Source of the DNA: Armatimonadota bacterium
Lineage (GTDB): Bacteria > Armatimonadota > SYMT01
Length of the DNA stretch: 64,000 nucleotides
Direction: 5' to 3'
NCBI GenBank assembly: GCA_041690135.1
Contig: JAWLHY010000006.1
Location: 294,337 to 358,336, forward strand
The notes beneath the pieces were generated by a model. That model made no database searches, had not been told where the DNA came from, and worked only from the letters and a program-made list of their open reading frames with translations. Positions within the stretch are counted from its first letter, which is position 1. Each line of letters opens with the position of its first letter. A program made the position numbers and the translations under genes. Shown in pieces: positions 50,598-60,798 of this stretch.

Positions 50598-51581
50598 TCA
50601 AAATTGGAACGCCACGAACCGCTGCCAGCCCGGCAGGACTGCGCTCACCGCCTCGGCCAACGGCGTCTCCAGTAACGGGCCCCGGATCACCTGAACTCCA
50701 GCGGGCGTGCCCGTCACCACCCGGCCCGCGAACAGCGACAGCAGCACCTCGGTGTGGATCCGATTAACTCCCGCATCGAGGAACGTTACCACGCGCGTGA
50801 AGTACGCTTCCACGCTCAGTTCCTGGCGGAACGCCTCAACCCAGTCGAAGGTGGAGGCCACCACCCACCACCCTTCCAGGTCCCCCACCAGCACTGGCGC
50901 GTCACTGGCGACCTGCAGGTCCGCCAGCAACTGCCGGACCAGCACCGGGCCACTGACTTCCCCGGTCCCCAGAAACAGTTCCGGGCGATGGCGGAGGACA
51001 GCGAGGGCTATGTCCGGCTTACGCTCGCCGGCGAACGGTGTGGCCGGGCTCGACTTTCCCTCCTGGGCAGAAGACACGACTACGATCCGTCCATCCTCGC
51101 GCGCAACCGCGCCCAACGCACCCGGGTCGAACCCTTCGGGCCAGAGGGTCGTCCGATCGTAACTGGCTCCCGCCAGAAAGGCGCGCTCCACGCCCACGCC
51201 ACGCAGGTCGGCGCCCTCGAGACGAGCGTTCTCCAGATGCACCCGATCCAGGCGCGCTCCGGCACAGGAGGCCTCCCGCAGGTCCGCTCCGTTGAACTGC
51301 GCGCCGCTCAGCCAACCCGCGTCGAAGCGCGCGCCCACACACCGGGCCAAGCGCGCATCAGCCCCAACCAGGTTGGCGCCTGTAAAGTCGGCTTCCGAGA
51401 GATCGGAACCGGTGAGGAAGGCGCCGCGCGCGTTGGCGTTTCGGAACCGGGCACGGCGGAGGTCCGCGAACTCCAGCCGCGCGCGGTGGAGCTCCTGGCC
51501 GCTCAAGTCAATCCCGACCAGCGAGTCGCCCGGCACATCCAGCCACTCGCCCAGTTCAGGGGCACGCCGGATGCGGATCAT
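50598..51581 (-). CDS. Pentapeptide repeat protein fused to an unknown C-terminal domain
   Basis: A(D/N)Lxx repeats (ADLRRARFRNANARGAFLTGSDLSEADF), YDRTTLWPEGFDP cap, then an ~150-aa globular domain. Confidence 0.85.
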   Translation of the reverse strand: MIRIRRAPELGEWLDVPGDSLVGIDLSGQELHRARLEFADLRRARFRNANARGAFLTGSDLSEADFTGANLVGADARLARCVGARFDAGWLSGAQFNGADLREASCAGARLDRVHLENARLEGADLRGVGVERAFLAGASYDRTTLWPEGFDPGALGAVAREDGRIVVVSSAQEGKSSPATPFAGERKPDIALAVLRHRPELFLGTGEVSGPVLVRQLLADLQVASDAPVLVGDLEGWWVVASTFDWVEAFRQELSVEAYFTRVVTFLDAGVNRIHTEVLLSLFAGRVVTGTPAGVQVIRGPLLETPLAEAVSAVLPGWQRFVAFQF

Positions 51582-51615
51582 TCCGGTGTCTCGATTCCCG
51601 CTATCATCGGAAGAG

Positions 51616-51895
51616 CTAGATTCCCTCTATCGGGATCCCGAAGTACTCCGCCACCCGTTTGCGGCCGCGTGCGCCGGAAGCGCACTCCACCATCTGGCCG
51701 TCCTTCCAAACCCCGACCATCGGCGAGTGGTACACCGTTTGCACATCCATGCCGGGAATGTACCGGTCCAGGTGCTCCTGCGATTGCCATGCGTCGTCGA
51801 CAGAAAAGTACTCGACGACGTGGTGCTCCTGTGGACCGATTCTGGGGAAGCAGTCGGGCCAGGAACAGGGTAATATTCGGAAGTCGTTCCATCAT
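51616..51895 (-). pseudogene. Probable frameshifted or truncated small gene
   Basis: A 91-codon frame with no start codon at its 5' end ends ...HVVEYFSVDDAWQSQEHLDRYIPGMDVQTVYHSPMVGVWKDGQMVECASGARGRKRVAEYFGIPIEGI*. ATG 51895 is in the adjacent frame. Confidence 0.45.
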
Positions 51896-52014
51896 CCGAC
51901 ATGCCTTACAATCGCGGTGACCGAATCACCTTCACGAACTGCGCACTATGCCGATAATGGACGTGGTCCGAGATGTACGTTCGCTCACGACGCCCGCCTG
52001 AGAACCGGAACCTG

Positions 52015-53643
52015 ATGAAAAAGCTCCCCCAGCACTGGCCCGCCGCTCTCGTCCTGCTCCTCCTGGGGCTGGCGCTCTGGGGACTGACCGCCGAGTCGCG
52101 CGGCCAGAACGAGGGGCACCTGGCTTATGCCCTCGACGACCCCTACATCCACATGGCGCTGGCGAAGAACCTCGCCCGGCACGGCGTGTGGGGGGTGAGC
52201 CCGTTCGAGTTCAGCTCTTCTTCGTCGTCGCTGCTCTGGACGGGCCTGGTCGCGCTGGGCTACGTCGTACGCGTGGACGAAGCGCTGCCGTTCGTCTTGA
52301 ACCTGTTGGCCGCGGTCGGCTTGATCGGCGTTGGGCACTGGATCCTGCTGCGGCGGAGGGTGCCGCCCCTCTACGCGTGCGTGGCGCTCCTGATCACGGC
52401 GTTCGCTACCCCCGTCCCGGCGCTCGTCTTCACCGGCCTGGAGCACCTGCTCCACGCCGTCCTCGTCCTGCTGTTCGCCTTCCTGGTGGAAGAGGCGCTG
52501 GTGGCGCCGGAGGAACGGCTGGCCGGCCGGGGCGGGGTGCCACTCTGCGTCACGGCCGCCTTGCTGGTAATGTCCCGCTTTGAGGGGATGTTCCTGGTGT
52601 TCGTCGCCTGCGTGCTGCTGGTCGCGAGGGGACGGCGGATGCACGCCTATGCCATCGCCGGATGTGGGTTGCTGCCGGTCATCGCTTACGGAGCGGTCTC
52701 GGCGGCGCAGGGCTGGTACTGGCTCCCGAACTCCGTTATCCTGAAGGGGCAGTTGCCGGACCTCGGCACGACGGAGGGGCTGGTGGAGTTCCTGGGATAC
52801 GCGGCCTACCGGCGCCTGATCGAGGCGCCGCACCTGCTCTTCCTGGTGGTTGCCGCCGTGGCGGCGCTCGTACACACGGGGGGGCGCGGCGGCAGTTCCG
52901 GACGCGCCTGGCAGCCGGGCTCCCTCGGCCTGGGGCTCTTCCTGGCGACCGCGCTCCTGCACCTGCAGTTCGCCCGCACCGGCTGGTTCTACCGGTACGA
53001 GGCCTACCTGGTCGCGTTTGGACTGATCGCCCTCACCGTCGCTCTCTTCGGTCGTTCGCACGCGGCAGAGGAACAGGAGACGAAAGCGTCCGGAAAGTGG
53101 CAGCGCGGTGTGGCGGGCGGGCTCCTCGGGATCCTGCTCCTGGTTCCGCTCGGCGAGCGCGCCTCCCGCTCGGCGGCGCTGACTCCGGACGCCACCCGCA
53201 ACGTCTACGAGCAGCAGTACCAGATGGGCCGGTTCCTGCGGGAGTACTACCGCGGGCAGGCCGTGGCGGCGAACGACATCGGCGCCGTCACCTTTCTGGG
53301 CGACGTGCGGATCCTCGACCTGGTGGGGCTGGCCAGTATGGACGTCGCGGAGCGGGTACGGGCCGGGGAGTACACGGGCGACCACATCGACGCCTTCGCC
53401 CGCAAGCGCGGGGTGAAGGTCGCGGTGGTCTACGACCCCATGTACCAGCGCGACGGCCAGAGTTCCCTACCGCGGCACTGGGTGCGGGTGGGCCAGTGGA
53501 AGATCCAGCGCCGCGTGATGGCCGCCTACGACACGGTGTCGTTCTACGCGGCGGATCCTGCGGAGGCGGAGCGCCTCGCGGCCTGCCTCCGCGAGTTCGC
53601 GCCGCGCCTGCCCAAGACGGTACTCCAGCGCGTGGGCGAGTAA
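52015..53643 (+). CDS. GT-C fold membrane glycosyltransferase (AftB/arabinofuranosyltransferase-like)
   Basis: LDDPYIH..LAKNL..HG, SSSLLW, TGLE, SRFEG, WLPNS..LK, RYEAY and DIGA...ILDLVGL motifs with more than 10 TM segments. Confidence 0.8.
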   Translation: MKKLPQHWPAALVLLLLGLALWGLTAESRGQNEGHLAYALDDPYIHMALAKNLARHGVWGVSPFEFSSSSSSLLWTGLVALGYVVRVDEALPFVLNLLAAVGLIGVGHWILLRRRVPPLYACVALLITAFATPVPALVFTGLEHLLHAVLVLLFAFLVEEALVAPEERLAGRGGVPLCVTAALLVMSRFEGMFLVFVACVLLVARGRRMHAYAIAGCGLLPVIAYGAVSAAQGWYWLPNSVILKGQLPDLGTTEGLVEFLGYAAYRRLIEAPHLLFLVVAAVAALVHTGGRGGSSGRAWQPGSLGLGLFLATALLHLQFARTGWFYRYEAYLVAFGLIALTVALFGRSHAAEEQETKASGKWQRGVAGGLLGILLLVPLGERASRSAALTPDATRNVYEQQYQMGRFLREYYRGQAVAANDIGAVTFLGDVRILDLVGLASMDVAERVRAGEYTGDHIDAFARKRGVKVAVVYDPMYQRDGQSSLPRHWVRVGQWKIQRRVMAAYDTVSFYAADPAEAERLAACLREFAPRLPKTVLQRVGE

Positions 53644-54075
53644 GGGGTTCGTGCTAGTAATTGGGCAGTTACCATTTACCAAAGTACGGCCGCGCAAGCG
53701 CCGTCACTCCGGCAAGCCTCGCGGACCTGAGTGGAGAAACAGGTTCGTGCCGAGTGTCCAGAAACTGTTCAGATACTTCGCCCAATCTCGTAGTGTACGG
53801 GTCGGGATCCGGCACGGAAAGGGGTCGATCGGCAATCTGGGATACGGGGACAAGGGCGCAAGGAGCCGGACTATCGTCCGGACTCCCCTCCCGCCCCAAG
53901 ATTCGGCTGCACGTCAATAGGTTGGAGCACGCAGAAGTCGCAAACCCTGGGGACACCCAGGCCCAACTCCCAATCCGTTTCCATCCGTTCGATCCGTGTC
54001 CTCCGTATCAAGAAGGGGATCAGGTCTACACGAAGCGTGTCCCGCTTTCCAGCCTCTTCATCCTCATCTTAATCA

Positions 54076-55251
54076 TCATCCTGATCGGCCGAAGGCAGCC
54101 CGGCCCTTGACCCACGTCGCCCGGCAACGGGAGTCCGGCCCCAGGAGGATCACGTCGGCGTCCTTACCGGCTTCCAGGGAACCTTTGCGCTCGGCGCACC
54201 CGGCGATCCGGGCGGGGATCAGGCTCGCCATGCGGACCGCGTCCACGCGGCTCACGCCGCCGAACGCCATCGCGTTCCCGATCGCCCGGTCCATCGTGAG
54301 AATGCTGCCGGCGATGGTGCCGTCTTCCAGCACGCAGACGTTCCCCTCCACCCGCACCTTGTGTGGGCCGAGGGTGTGCGTGCCCTCTGGGAGCCCGGTC
54401 GCGGAGAAGGCATCGGTGATCAGGGCGGCGCGGTCCGGGCCCTTGGTCTGGAGGCAGAGGCGGACGATGTGGGGATGGAGGTGGACACCGTCCGGGATCA
54501 CCTCCGCCAATACCGAAGGCTCATTCAGGCAGGCGGTGATGACGCCGGGGTCGCGGTGGTGGATCGGGCGCATCGCGTTGAAGAGGTGGGTGGCATGCGT
54601 GGCGCCCGCCGCAATCCCCTCCAGGGCCTGGTCGTAGGTTGCGTCCGTGTGCCCGATGGAGGCGATGATCCCCTCCGCCACCAGCAGGCGGATCAGCTCC
54701 AGCCCGCCGGGCAACTCCGGCGCGAGGGTCATCACCCGCATCAGCCCCTGCGAGGCCAGGAGGAGTTCCCGCACCTCGTCGAAGTCCGGGTCGCGGACCC
54801 CTTCCGCGGGCTGGGCTCCCTTCCGCTTCATGTTGATGTAGGGGCCCTCGACGTGCAGGCCCACGATCTCCGCACCGTCGGTGGGGTTCTGCTGGGCGGC
54901 CACGCAACCCTCGATCGCCGCCATCAAATCCGAGTGGCGAGCCGAAATGGTGCTGGGCAGCCAGGCCGTGGTGCCGTACTGGGGAAAGCGCGCGGAGATC
55001 CGGCGGACTCCCTCCGCCCCATGCAGCATCACGTCATCGCCGTGGGTGCCGTGGACATGGGTATCGATCAGGCCCGGCAGAACGAACAGGCCGGTCGCGT
55101 CGACCTGCGTGGCCCCTTCGGGGATATCGGCGCCGGAGCGGGGACCCGCATAGGCAATCCGGTCCCCTTCCAGCAGCACCAGCGCGTCGGGCACCTCCCG
55201 GTCCGGAAAAACCGCGGTCCCGTTCACAATAGCGGTAACATCTTGAGGCAT
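54076..55251 (-). CDS. nagA: N-acetylglucosamine-6-phosphate deacetylase
   Basis: PGLIDTHVHG, GLHVEGPY, TLAPE, SIGHTDA, ATHLFNAM, DGVHLHP, ITDA and IAGSILTM motifs. Confidence 0.96.
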   Translation of the reverse strand: MPQDVTAIVNGTAVFPDREVPDALVLLEGDRIAYAGPRSGADIPEGATQVDATGLFVLPGLIDTHVHGTHGDDVMLHGAEGVRRISARFPQYGTTAWLPSTISARHSDLMAAIEGCVAAQQNPTDGAEIVGLHVEGPYINMKRKGAQPAEGVRDPDFDEVRELLLASQGLMRVMTLAPELPGGLELIRLLVAEGIIASIGHTDATYDQALEGIAAGATHATHLFNAMRPIHHRDPGVITACLNEPSVLAEVIPDGVHLHPHIVRLCLQTKGPDRAALITDAFSATGLPEGTHTLGPHKVRVEGNVCVLEDGTIAGSILTMDRAIGNAMAFGGVSRVDAVRMASLIPARIAGCAERKGSLEAGKDADVILLGPDSRCRATWVKGRAAFGRSG

Positions 55252-55563
55252 GGGCGGAATAACGGTGAGAAGTCCAGGCTAGCGCCCGGGAATGAGTCCG
55301 CCCTCATTATAGAACACCGCTCCGCGCCCCGGTGGTTGCCCTTACTGGATCAGGAGGTAGTCCCAGATGAATGCGGGTACAGGGCTTCACGGCAGGATCT
55401 CAACTACGGATTTGCCTGCGCTCATCAACTCCACGCCGAGGGCAAGCACGGCGGCTGCCCCTACATTTTCATCTTTCCATGCTGAAGTCGGCTACCCGTC
55501 CGATAACGAAACGGGGTTCACAATCCCGACTTCGGCATCCTGATCCCAATCGTAATTCCTATC

Positions 55564-57774
55564 CTAGTCCGTCAGACCGGAGTATTCGCTGATGATTTTT
55601 TCCAGCCGCCGCCGCGCCTCGTCCATGCCCGTGGCCATCTCCTCGCTCAACTCGGCGCGACGGCTATCCCCTCGCCTCCCGTACTCCTGGGCGAGCTGTC
55701 TCCATAGGAACTCCTCCTCGCTCCGAAGGTCGCGCTCCGTCTGGGCGGACCACGGCGCTCCGAACATGTAGGAGACGGGGTTGTCGTCGTGGAGCCGGCG
55801 GCGCTCGGCCAGCAGACAGGCGGCCCGGCGGCGGTGCTCGAAGGCCTCGTCCGCGCGCCCCTCGCGCTCGGCCACGTTGGCCAGGGTGACCCGCGCCCGG
55901 GCGAAGCGGTATTCCCGGACCTCACCCAGGGCGCGAACCTGTCCGGCGGGAGAATCTTCCACTTCCACGATCTTGCGATAGGCGGCGAGGGCGCGATCCC
56001 GCTCCCCCTGCCGCTGCAGCAGCTCCGCCACGCTGTAGAGGAGATGGACATTCCGCGGCGTGTGACGCAGCGCCTCGCGATAGGTCTCCAGCGCCATGTC
56101 CGGGCGCTCCTGGTAGTTCCGCAGCACTGCCAGGAAGTCGTAGCCCGCCGCGCGGTCGGGCGCGAACCGCACGGCACTCAGGCCCGCGACGATCGCCTTG
56201 TCCCACTGGCCCAGGGCGGTGTAGGCCCGGCGCTGCTCGTCGGCGACCCGGTGGTCCAGAGGCAGCAGCGTGGCCGCGGTGCTCAAGGCTTCGACCGCCT
56301 CCGTGGGGTTCCGCTGCGCCAGCTCGTGCCGGCCCACGGCGAGCAAGGCGCACCCAAACGCCTGGCTTCCCGTGAGGAGCAGTCCGACCGCCGCCAGCGC
56401 GGTCCCGATCGTGCGTCCCAGATCCCGCGTGGACCCAACGGCTGCCGGAGAAGTCGCTTCCGTCCCCCGCTTCGCCCCTTTGCCACGGGGCTTAGCAGCG
56501 GGCCGATCGCTTTCCCCTGCGGTTTCGGAGGCGGAATCCGGAGTCGCCACCCGAAGAGGAGGCGGCGCCAGGGTGAGGCCCAGGAGGCACCACGTCAGGA
56601 GCGCGATGGCGGGGACATACAGCAGCGAGTCGAAGACGTTGTGCACCCCGGCTGCCACCACCGCCGCGCCGGCGCCCGGCAGCCAGGTCCAGCCCAGTTC
56701 ACGAGGCAGACGCACCGTATTGATGACCGCCCAGAGGCCGAGGAGCGCCAGGACGACCGGCGCGACGTATCCCTGTTCCGCCAGCAGTTGCAGGTACGAG
56801 CTGTGGGCGTGGCGGGTGTAACTCGCAATGGCATGCGGCTCGAAGGAAGTCTCGAAGGCCCCCGCCCCCCAGCCCGTGACGGGCCGCTTCTGGCCCATCG
56901 CCAGCGCTCCCTTCCAGGTGAGGATGCGGAACTGGCTCGACTCGGCCGAGGCCGCCATGCGCGTCTCGGGGCAGAGCTCCGGCGGGAGCAGCGTGTACGA
57001 GCCGCCGGTTTGCCGGCCGCGAATCGCTCCGGAGGTCGCCAGGGAGATGGCGGCCAGCACCACGAGCAGCACCCCCAGCCGCGCCCAGGCACTGCGGTCG
57101 CGCCCCAGGCCCCGCAGCGCGGCGAACAGGACGAGCGCGACCAGACCCACCCCGAAGGAGAGCAGCCCGCCTCGTGAGCCCGTGGCCAACAGCGCCCCTC
57201 CGATGGCGGCGGTCACAAACCCGAGGGCGAGTGTCCACATCCACGGCTTGAAATCCCGGGGCAGGAAGAACGCGCACCCGAGCACCAGGAGGAGCGAAGG
57301 CGCCAGGAAGCCCGCGAAGAAGTTCGGATTGGCGAACTGCCCGAAGGCGCGCCAGCCCAGGTCCCCCTGCCGCACGCTGAAGAGGTACTCGCGCAGGCCG
57401 AGCGCCCCCGCGAGGAACGCCCCCACCAGGATGGCGGTCACAAGGCGACCACCCCCGCCGCGCGCGGCACTATCGGCCGCCAGCCACCAGAGGCAGGCGT
57501 ACGAAAGGTAGAGGACGACCTGCAGCACCGTCGCACCCCGGTTCGCCGAGCCCGGCGCGGAAACCAGGGCAAGGACCAGGAACACACCCACCAGCCAGGC
57601 CCCGCGCGGAATCCGCAGCGGGGGAAGACCGGGGAGAAGACACCGGAAAAGGAGTGCGACCCACGCCAGGCAGGAGAGCCAGAGACCGGGACCCGGGTCG
57701 AGGTTCCCGGCGGTAAAGGGGGCGATAACCAGAGCCAGCCAGAGTGGAGCTTCCACCAACCACGCGGGGGTCAC
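55564..57774 (-). CDS. O-antigen ligase (Wzy_C) family protein with C-terminal TPR repeats
   Basis: FANPNFFAGFL, TGSRGG, RILTWKGA...PVTGWGAG and HAHSSYLQLLAEQG motifs, then TPRs. GTG start overlaps the upstream TGA. Confidence 0.88.
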   Translation of the reverse strand: MTPAWLVEAPLWLALVIAPFTAGNLDPGPGLWLSCLAWVALLFRCLLPGLPPLRIPRGAWLVGVFLVLALVSAPGSANRGATVLQVVLYLSYACLWWLAADSAARGGGGRLVTAILVGAFLAGALGLREYLFSVRQGDLGWRAFGQFANPNFFAGFLAPSLLLVLGCAFFLPRDFKPWMWTLALGFVTAAIGGALLATGSRGGLLSFGVGLVALVLFAALRGLGRDRSAWARLGVLLVVLAAISLATSGAIRGRQTGGSYTLLPPELCPETRMAASAESSQFRILTWKGALAMGQKRPVTGWGAGAFETSFEPHAIASYTRHAHSSYLQLLAEQGYVAPVVLALLGLWAVINTVRLPRELGWTWLPGAGAAVVAAGVHNVFDSLLYVPAIALLTWCLLGLTLAPPPLRVATPDSASETAGESDRPAAKPRGKGAKRGTEATSPAAVGSTRDLGRTIGTALAAVGLLLTGSQAFGCALLAVGRHELAQRNPTEAVEALSTAATLLPLDHRVADEQRRAYTALGQWDKAIVAGLSAVRFAPDRAAGYDFLAVLRNYQERPDMALETYREALRHTPRNVHLLYSVAELLQRQGERDRALAAYRKIVEVEDSPAGQVRALGEVREYRFARARVTLANVAEREGRADEAFEHRRRAACLLAERRRLHDDNPVSYMFGAPWSAQTERDLRSEEEFLWRQLAQEYGRRGDSRRAELSEEMATGMDEARRRLEKIISEYSGLTD

Positions 57775-58808
57775 TGATCTTCCTCTTTCCCTTGCGGCTT
57801 TCCGCCCGGACCTTTGCCCATCCACCGATTCAGCGCGATGCGGCCTCGAGCCTGCGCCCGGATCACTTCATTTCGAAGCAGCGTCAAACCCGCGCGCGCG
57901 GCCAATCCGCCGCCCAACAGAACCCGGCCGTAATGCTTATGGCCGAGGGCGGTGTACCGGCAGAAATAGATGTAGGCGCTCTCGTGATGCATCAGGATCA
58001 TCCGCTTCGGACGCCGGTCGCTGCTCCGGCCGATCTCGTGGATCACCTCCGGCTCGGGAATGTAGTGGACTTCCCATCCGGCCTGATGCGCGCGCATGGC
58101 CCAATCGACGTCCTCGAAGTACATGAAGTAGCTCTCGTCCAGGCCCCCGATCTCGCCGACCATCTCCCGCCGTGCCATCAGGCAAGCTCCGGAGAGCCAG
58201 TCTACCTGCCGCGGCTCCGCGTGGTCCCACTCCTTCATCAGGTAGTCCTGGGTGAACCGGTTGCGGGGCGCCAGCCACTCGAACGGCGTGTTCCGGAAGA
58301 CCCCGGCGCCGAAGGAAGGGAACCGGCGGCAAGAATACTGGAGAGACCCGTCCGGGTTCAAGAGTTTGGGCGCGATCAGGCCGGCGCGAGGATGCGCGTC
58401 CGCGTAGGCGACCAATTGATCGAGCCACCCCGCCCGCACCACCGTGTCGGAGTTCAGCAGCAGGAAGTACCGGCCGGCGGCGTGCCGGTAGGCAATGTTG
58501 TTCCCCCCGGCAAAACCGACGTTCGGCGTCTGGCGCACCAGGCGGGCCTGCGGGAACTCCGCTTCCGTCATCTCCGCGCTGCCGTCGAGCGACTGCTGGT
58601 CGACGACGATCACCTCCCAGGAAACCCGGTCCGGCGTGAAGTCCGTAAGCGGTTGACCCGCCCGTTCCCAGGCAGCGAGCACTTCCGGATCCCGGGGCTG
58701 ATAGAGCGAGGCCAGGCACCGTCGCAGATAGCCGCGTGCGTTCCAACTGACGATCGCAATGCTGACGTCCGGAACCACTGCAGGCGGATGCTGCACTTCA
58801 GTCATCAC
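57771..58808 (-). CDS. Glycosyltransferase family 2 (WbbL-like)
   Basis: VSIAIVSWN, NVGFAGGNN, LLLNSD, VDWLSGACL and DESYFMYFEDVDW motifs. Confidence 0.93.
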   Translation of the reverse strand: MMTEVQHPPAVVPDVSIAIVSWNARGYLRRCLASLYQPRDPEVLAAWERAGQPLTDFTPDRVSWEVIVVDQQSLDGSAEMTEAEFPQARLVRQTPNVGFAGGNNIAYRHAAGRYFLLLNSDTVVRAGWLDQLVAYADAHPRAGLIAPKLLNPDGSLQYSCRRFPSFGAGVFRNTPFEWLAPRNRFTQDYLMKEWDHAEPRQVDWLSGACLMARREMVGEIGGLDESYFMYFEDVDWAMRAHQAGWEVHYIPEPEVIHEIGRSSDRRPKRMILMHHESAYIYFCRYTALGHKHYGRVLLGGGLAARAGLTLLRNEVIRAQARGRIALNRWMGKGPGGKPQGKEEDQ

Positions 58809-59202
58809 CGGCCGCCTTTAACCATGGGCCCCAGATAGCCGTTGGGCCTGATCCGGTCAATCGCCCCCCTCCGGGCAATTCTCCCGCATCACGAATGACG
58901 TCCCTGCCCGAAAGCCGCATTCTTGCCTTCCCACCGCCCAGTAGTGCGTCCCTTATGCATCACGCATCAGCAACGACCCCAACCAAACTTTAGCCCCCAC
59001 GGACACCGACCCGACCTGTGCCGCAGACCTCACGTTTCACGTTTTCCTCATCTGTCCGCGGCCGGATCTCCCGCCATCGCACCCGCCCCGCACGAAAGAT
59101 ACGCATCCCGCCTCACTCAGCATCCTTTACGGACGGCCGCCGTTAAGATAACAGGAAAGCGTTGAGCCTGGCTCGGCCGGGTAAGCAGAAACCGGATACG
59201 GA

Positions 59203-60777
59203 ATGAGCGGAGACATGATGCGACAAGCTGTCAAACCGGGTACCGTCCTGCGGGCGCTGGTGCCACATATCCTCTTACTGGTCGTGGCGTTCCTATGCCT
59301 CCCGGCTGGGGCCGTCACCGTCGAGGAAGTGGAGCGTTCCCTGGAGCGAAACCGGCGCGTCTACGATTTCGCGGGAGTGCTTCCCCAGCAGGACAACCAG
59401 CGCATCCGCGAGCAACTGGCCCGGCTGGAGCAAGAGGGCCTGGCGGAGGGCGCCGTCGTCATCGTGGACCGGCTCGAGAACGGCACCATCGAGGAGTACG
59501 CGCTGCGGATCGGCGAAGCGTGGAAAATCGGACGCCGTGACGTCGATAACGGATTCGTGATCGTCGTCTCCATGCAGGACCGCAAGTGGCGGGCGGAGAT
59601 CGGCCGCGACCTCCAGGGGACGCTCCCGGACGTGACGGTCAACCAGATCATGCGGAACGAATTGGTTCCCGCGCTGCGCCAGGGGCGTTACGGGGAGGGG
59701 TTCACCGGCGTGCTGGAAGCTTTCCGCACGCGACTGGAGCGAGCCGGAGGCGTCGAGGCACTGCCGGTGCGCTCACCGGAGCGCGGCCCCTCCCCTATCC
59801 TCGGGTTCGTCACCTTCCTGCTGGGAACGGGCACCGTGGTGCTGGCGTTCCGCGCCTGGCCGCGCGGCTCCACGCCCGGCACGGACGGCACCCGCCTTCC
59901 GGCCATCCTGATGGGCTTCGCCGCCCTGGGAACCGCCGTGCTGGCGGCCAGCCAGGGACGTGGTGGATTGACGGCAATGGTCGTCTTCGCTTTGCTTCCG
60001 GGTACTTACGCGGCATTCCGCACGCTGGAAGGCGCGTGGACTCCGGTCCACCTGGACGATGTCCAGGCGGTGCAGAAGCGGTTCACCGGGACGTACTGGA
60101 TCGCACTCGTGGTGGGCACGCTCGTCCTCCTGGTTGGTTTTGGCTCCGCCTGGGCGTTAGGGTTCCTGGTTCTCGGGGTCCCGCTGGGCTTTGCCCTCCG
60201 CAGGTACTTCCAGCGCGTGCCGCGGAAGTGCCCCGAGTGCGGCGGCGCCCTACGCTGGCTGCCGGAAAATGAAGAAGCGCAGTTCCTCCGGGAAGAAGAA
60301 AACCTGGAACAACGGCTGGGGAGCGTGGACTACGATATCTGGCGCTGCGCGTCTTGCAACCGGAGCGCGGTATTCGGACATCACCAGGCGGCCACCCAGT
60401 ACACCAACTGTCCGCGGTGCCACCGGCACACGCTCACCCGGCGCTCCGTGGTCGAGCAGCAACCGAACGCGTGGACGGCGGGCACCATCAGTGATATTAC
60501 CGAGTGCCGGAACCCGGCCTGCGGCTACCAGGATGTCCAGCGGCGAGACCTCCCGCCCCGTGGCGGAGGTGGGTATCGTGACTACGATGACGGCTTCGAC
60601 CGAGGGCCCGGCATCATCATCCTTCCCCCGATCTTTGGCGGCGGCTGGGGCGGCGGACATCACGGCGGACACTCCTCCGGCGACGCGGGAGGCGGGTTCG
60701 ACGTGGGCGGCATTGATGTGGGAGACTTCGGGGGCGGCGGCGGCTTCGATGGCGGCGGCGCTTCGGGCGACTGGTAG
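59203..60777 (+). CDS. TPM domain protein with TM helices, Zn-ribbons and Gly-rich tail
   Basis: VYDFAGVL, WKIGRRDVDNG..IVVS..DRKWR.EIG (TPM). CPEC, CASC, CPRC and CRNPAC pairs, then GGGGGFDGGGASGDW. Confidence 0.9.
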   Translation: MSGDMMRQAVKPGTVLRALVPHILLLVVAFLCLPAGAVTVEEVERSLERNRRVYDFAGVLPQQDNQRIREQLARLEQEGLAEGAVVIVDRLENGTIEEYALRIGEAWKIGRRDVDNGFVIVVSMQDRKWRAEIGRDLQGTLPDVTVNQIMRNELVPALRQGRYGEGFTGVLEAFRTRLERAGGVEALPVRSPERGPSPILGFVTFLLGTGTVVLAFRAWPRGSTPGTDGTRLPAILMGFAALGTAVLAASQGRGGLTAMVVFALLPGTYAAFRTLEGAWTPVHLDDVQAVQKRFTGTYWIALVVGTLVLLVGFGSAWALGFLVLGVPLGFALRRYFQRVPRKCPECGGALRWLPENEEAQFLREEENLEQRLGSVDYDIWRCASCNRSAVFGHHQAATQYTNCPRCHRHTLTRRSVVEQQPNAWTAGTISDITECRNPACGYQDVQRRDLPPRGGGGYRDYDDGFDRGPGIIILPPIFGGGWGGGHHGGHSSGDAGGGFDVGGIDVGDFGGGGGFDGGGASGDW

Positions 60778-60798
60778 GGACAACCGAAAAGAGCGGAA

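Noticed and set aside
50598-50600. Selenocysteine read-through of TGA
   Set aside because: No redox motif context or clear SECIS, and the upstream domain ends plausibly at this stop.
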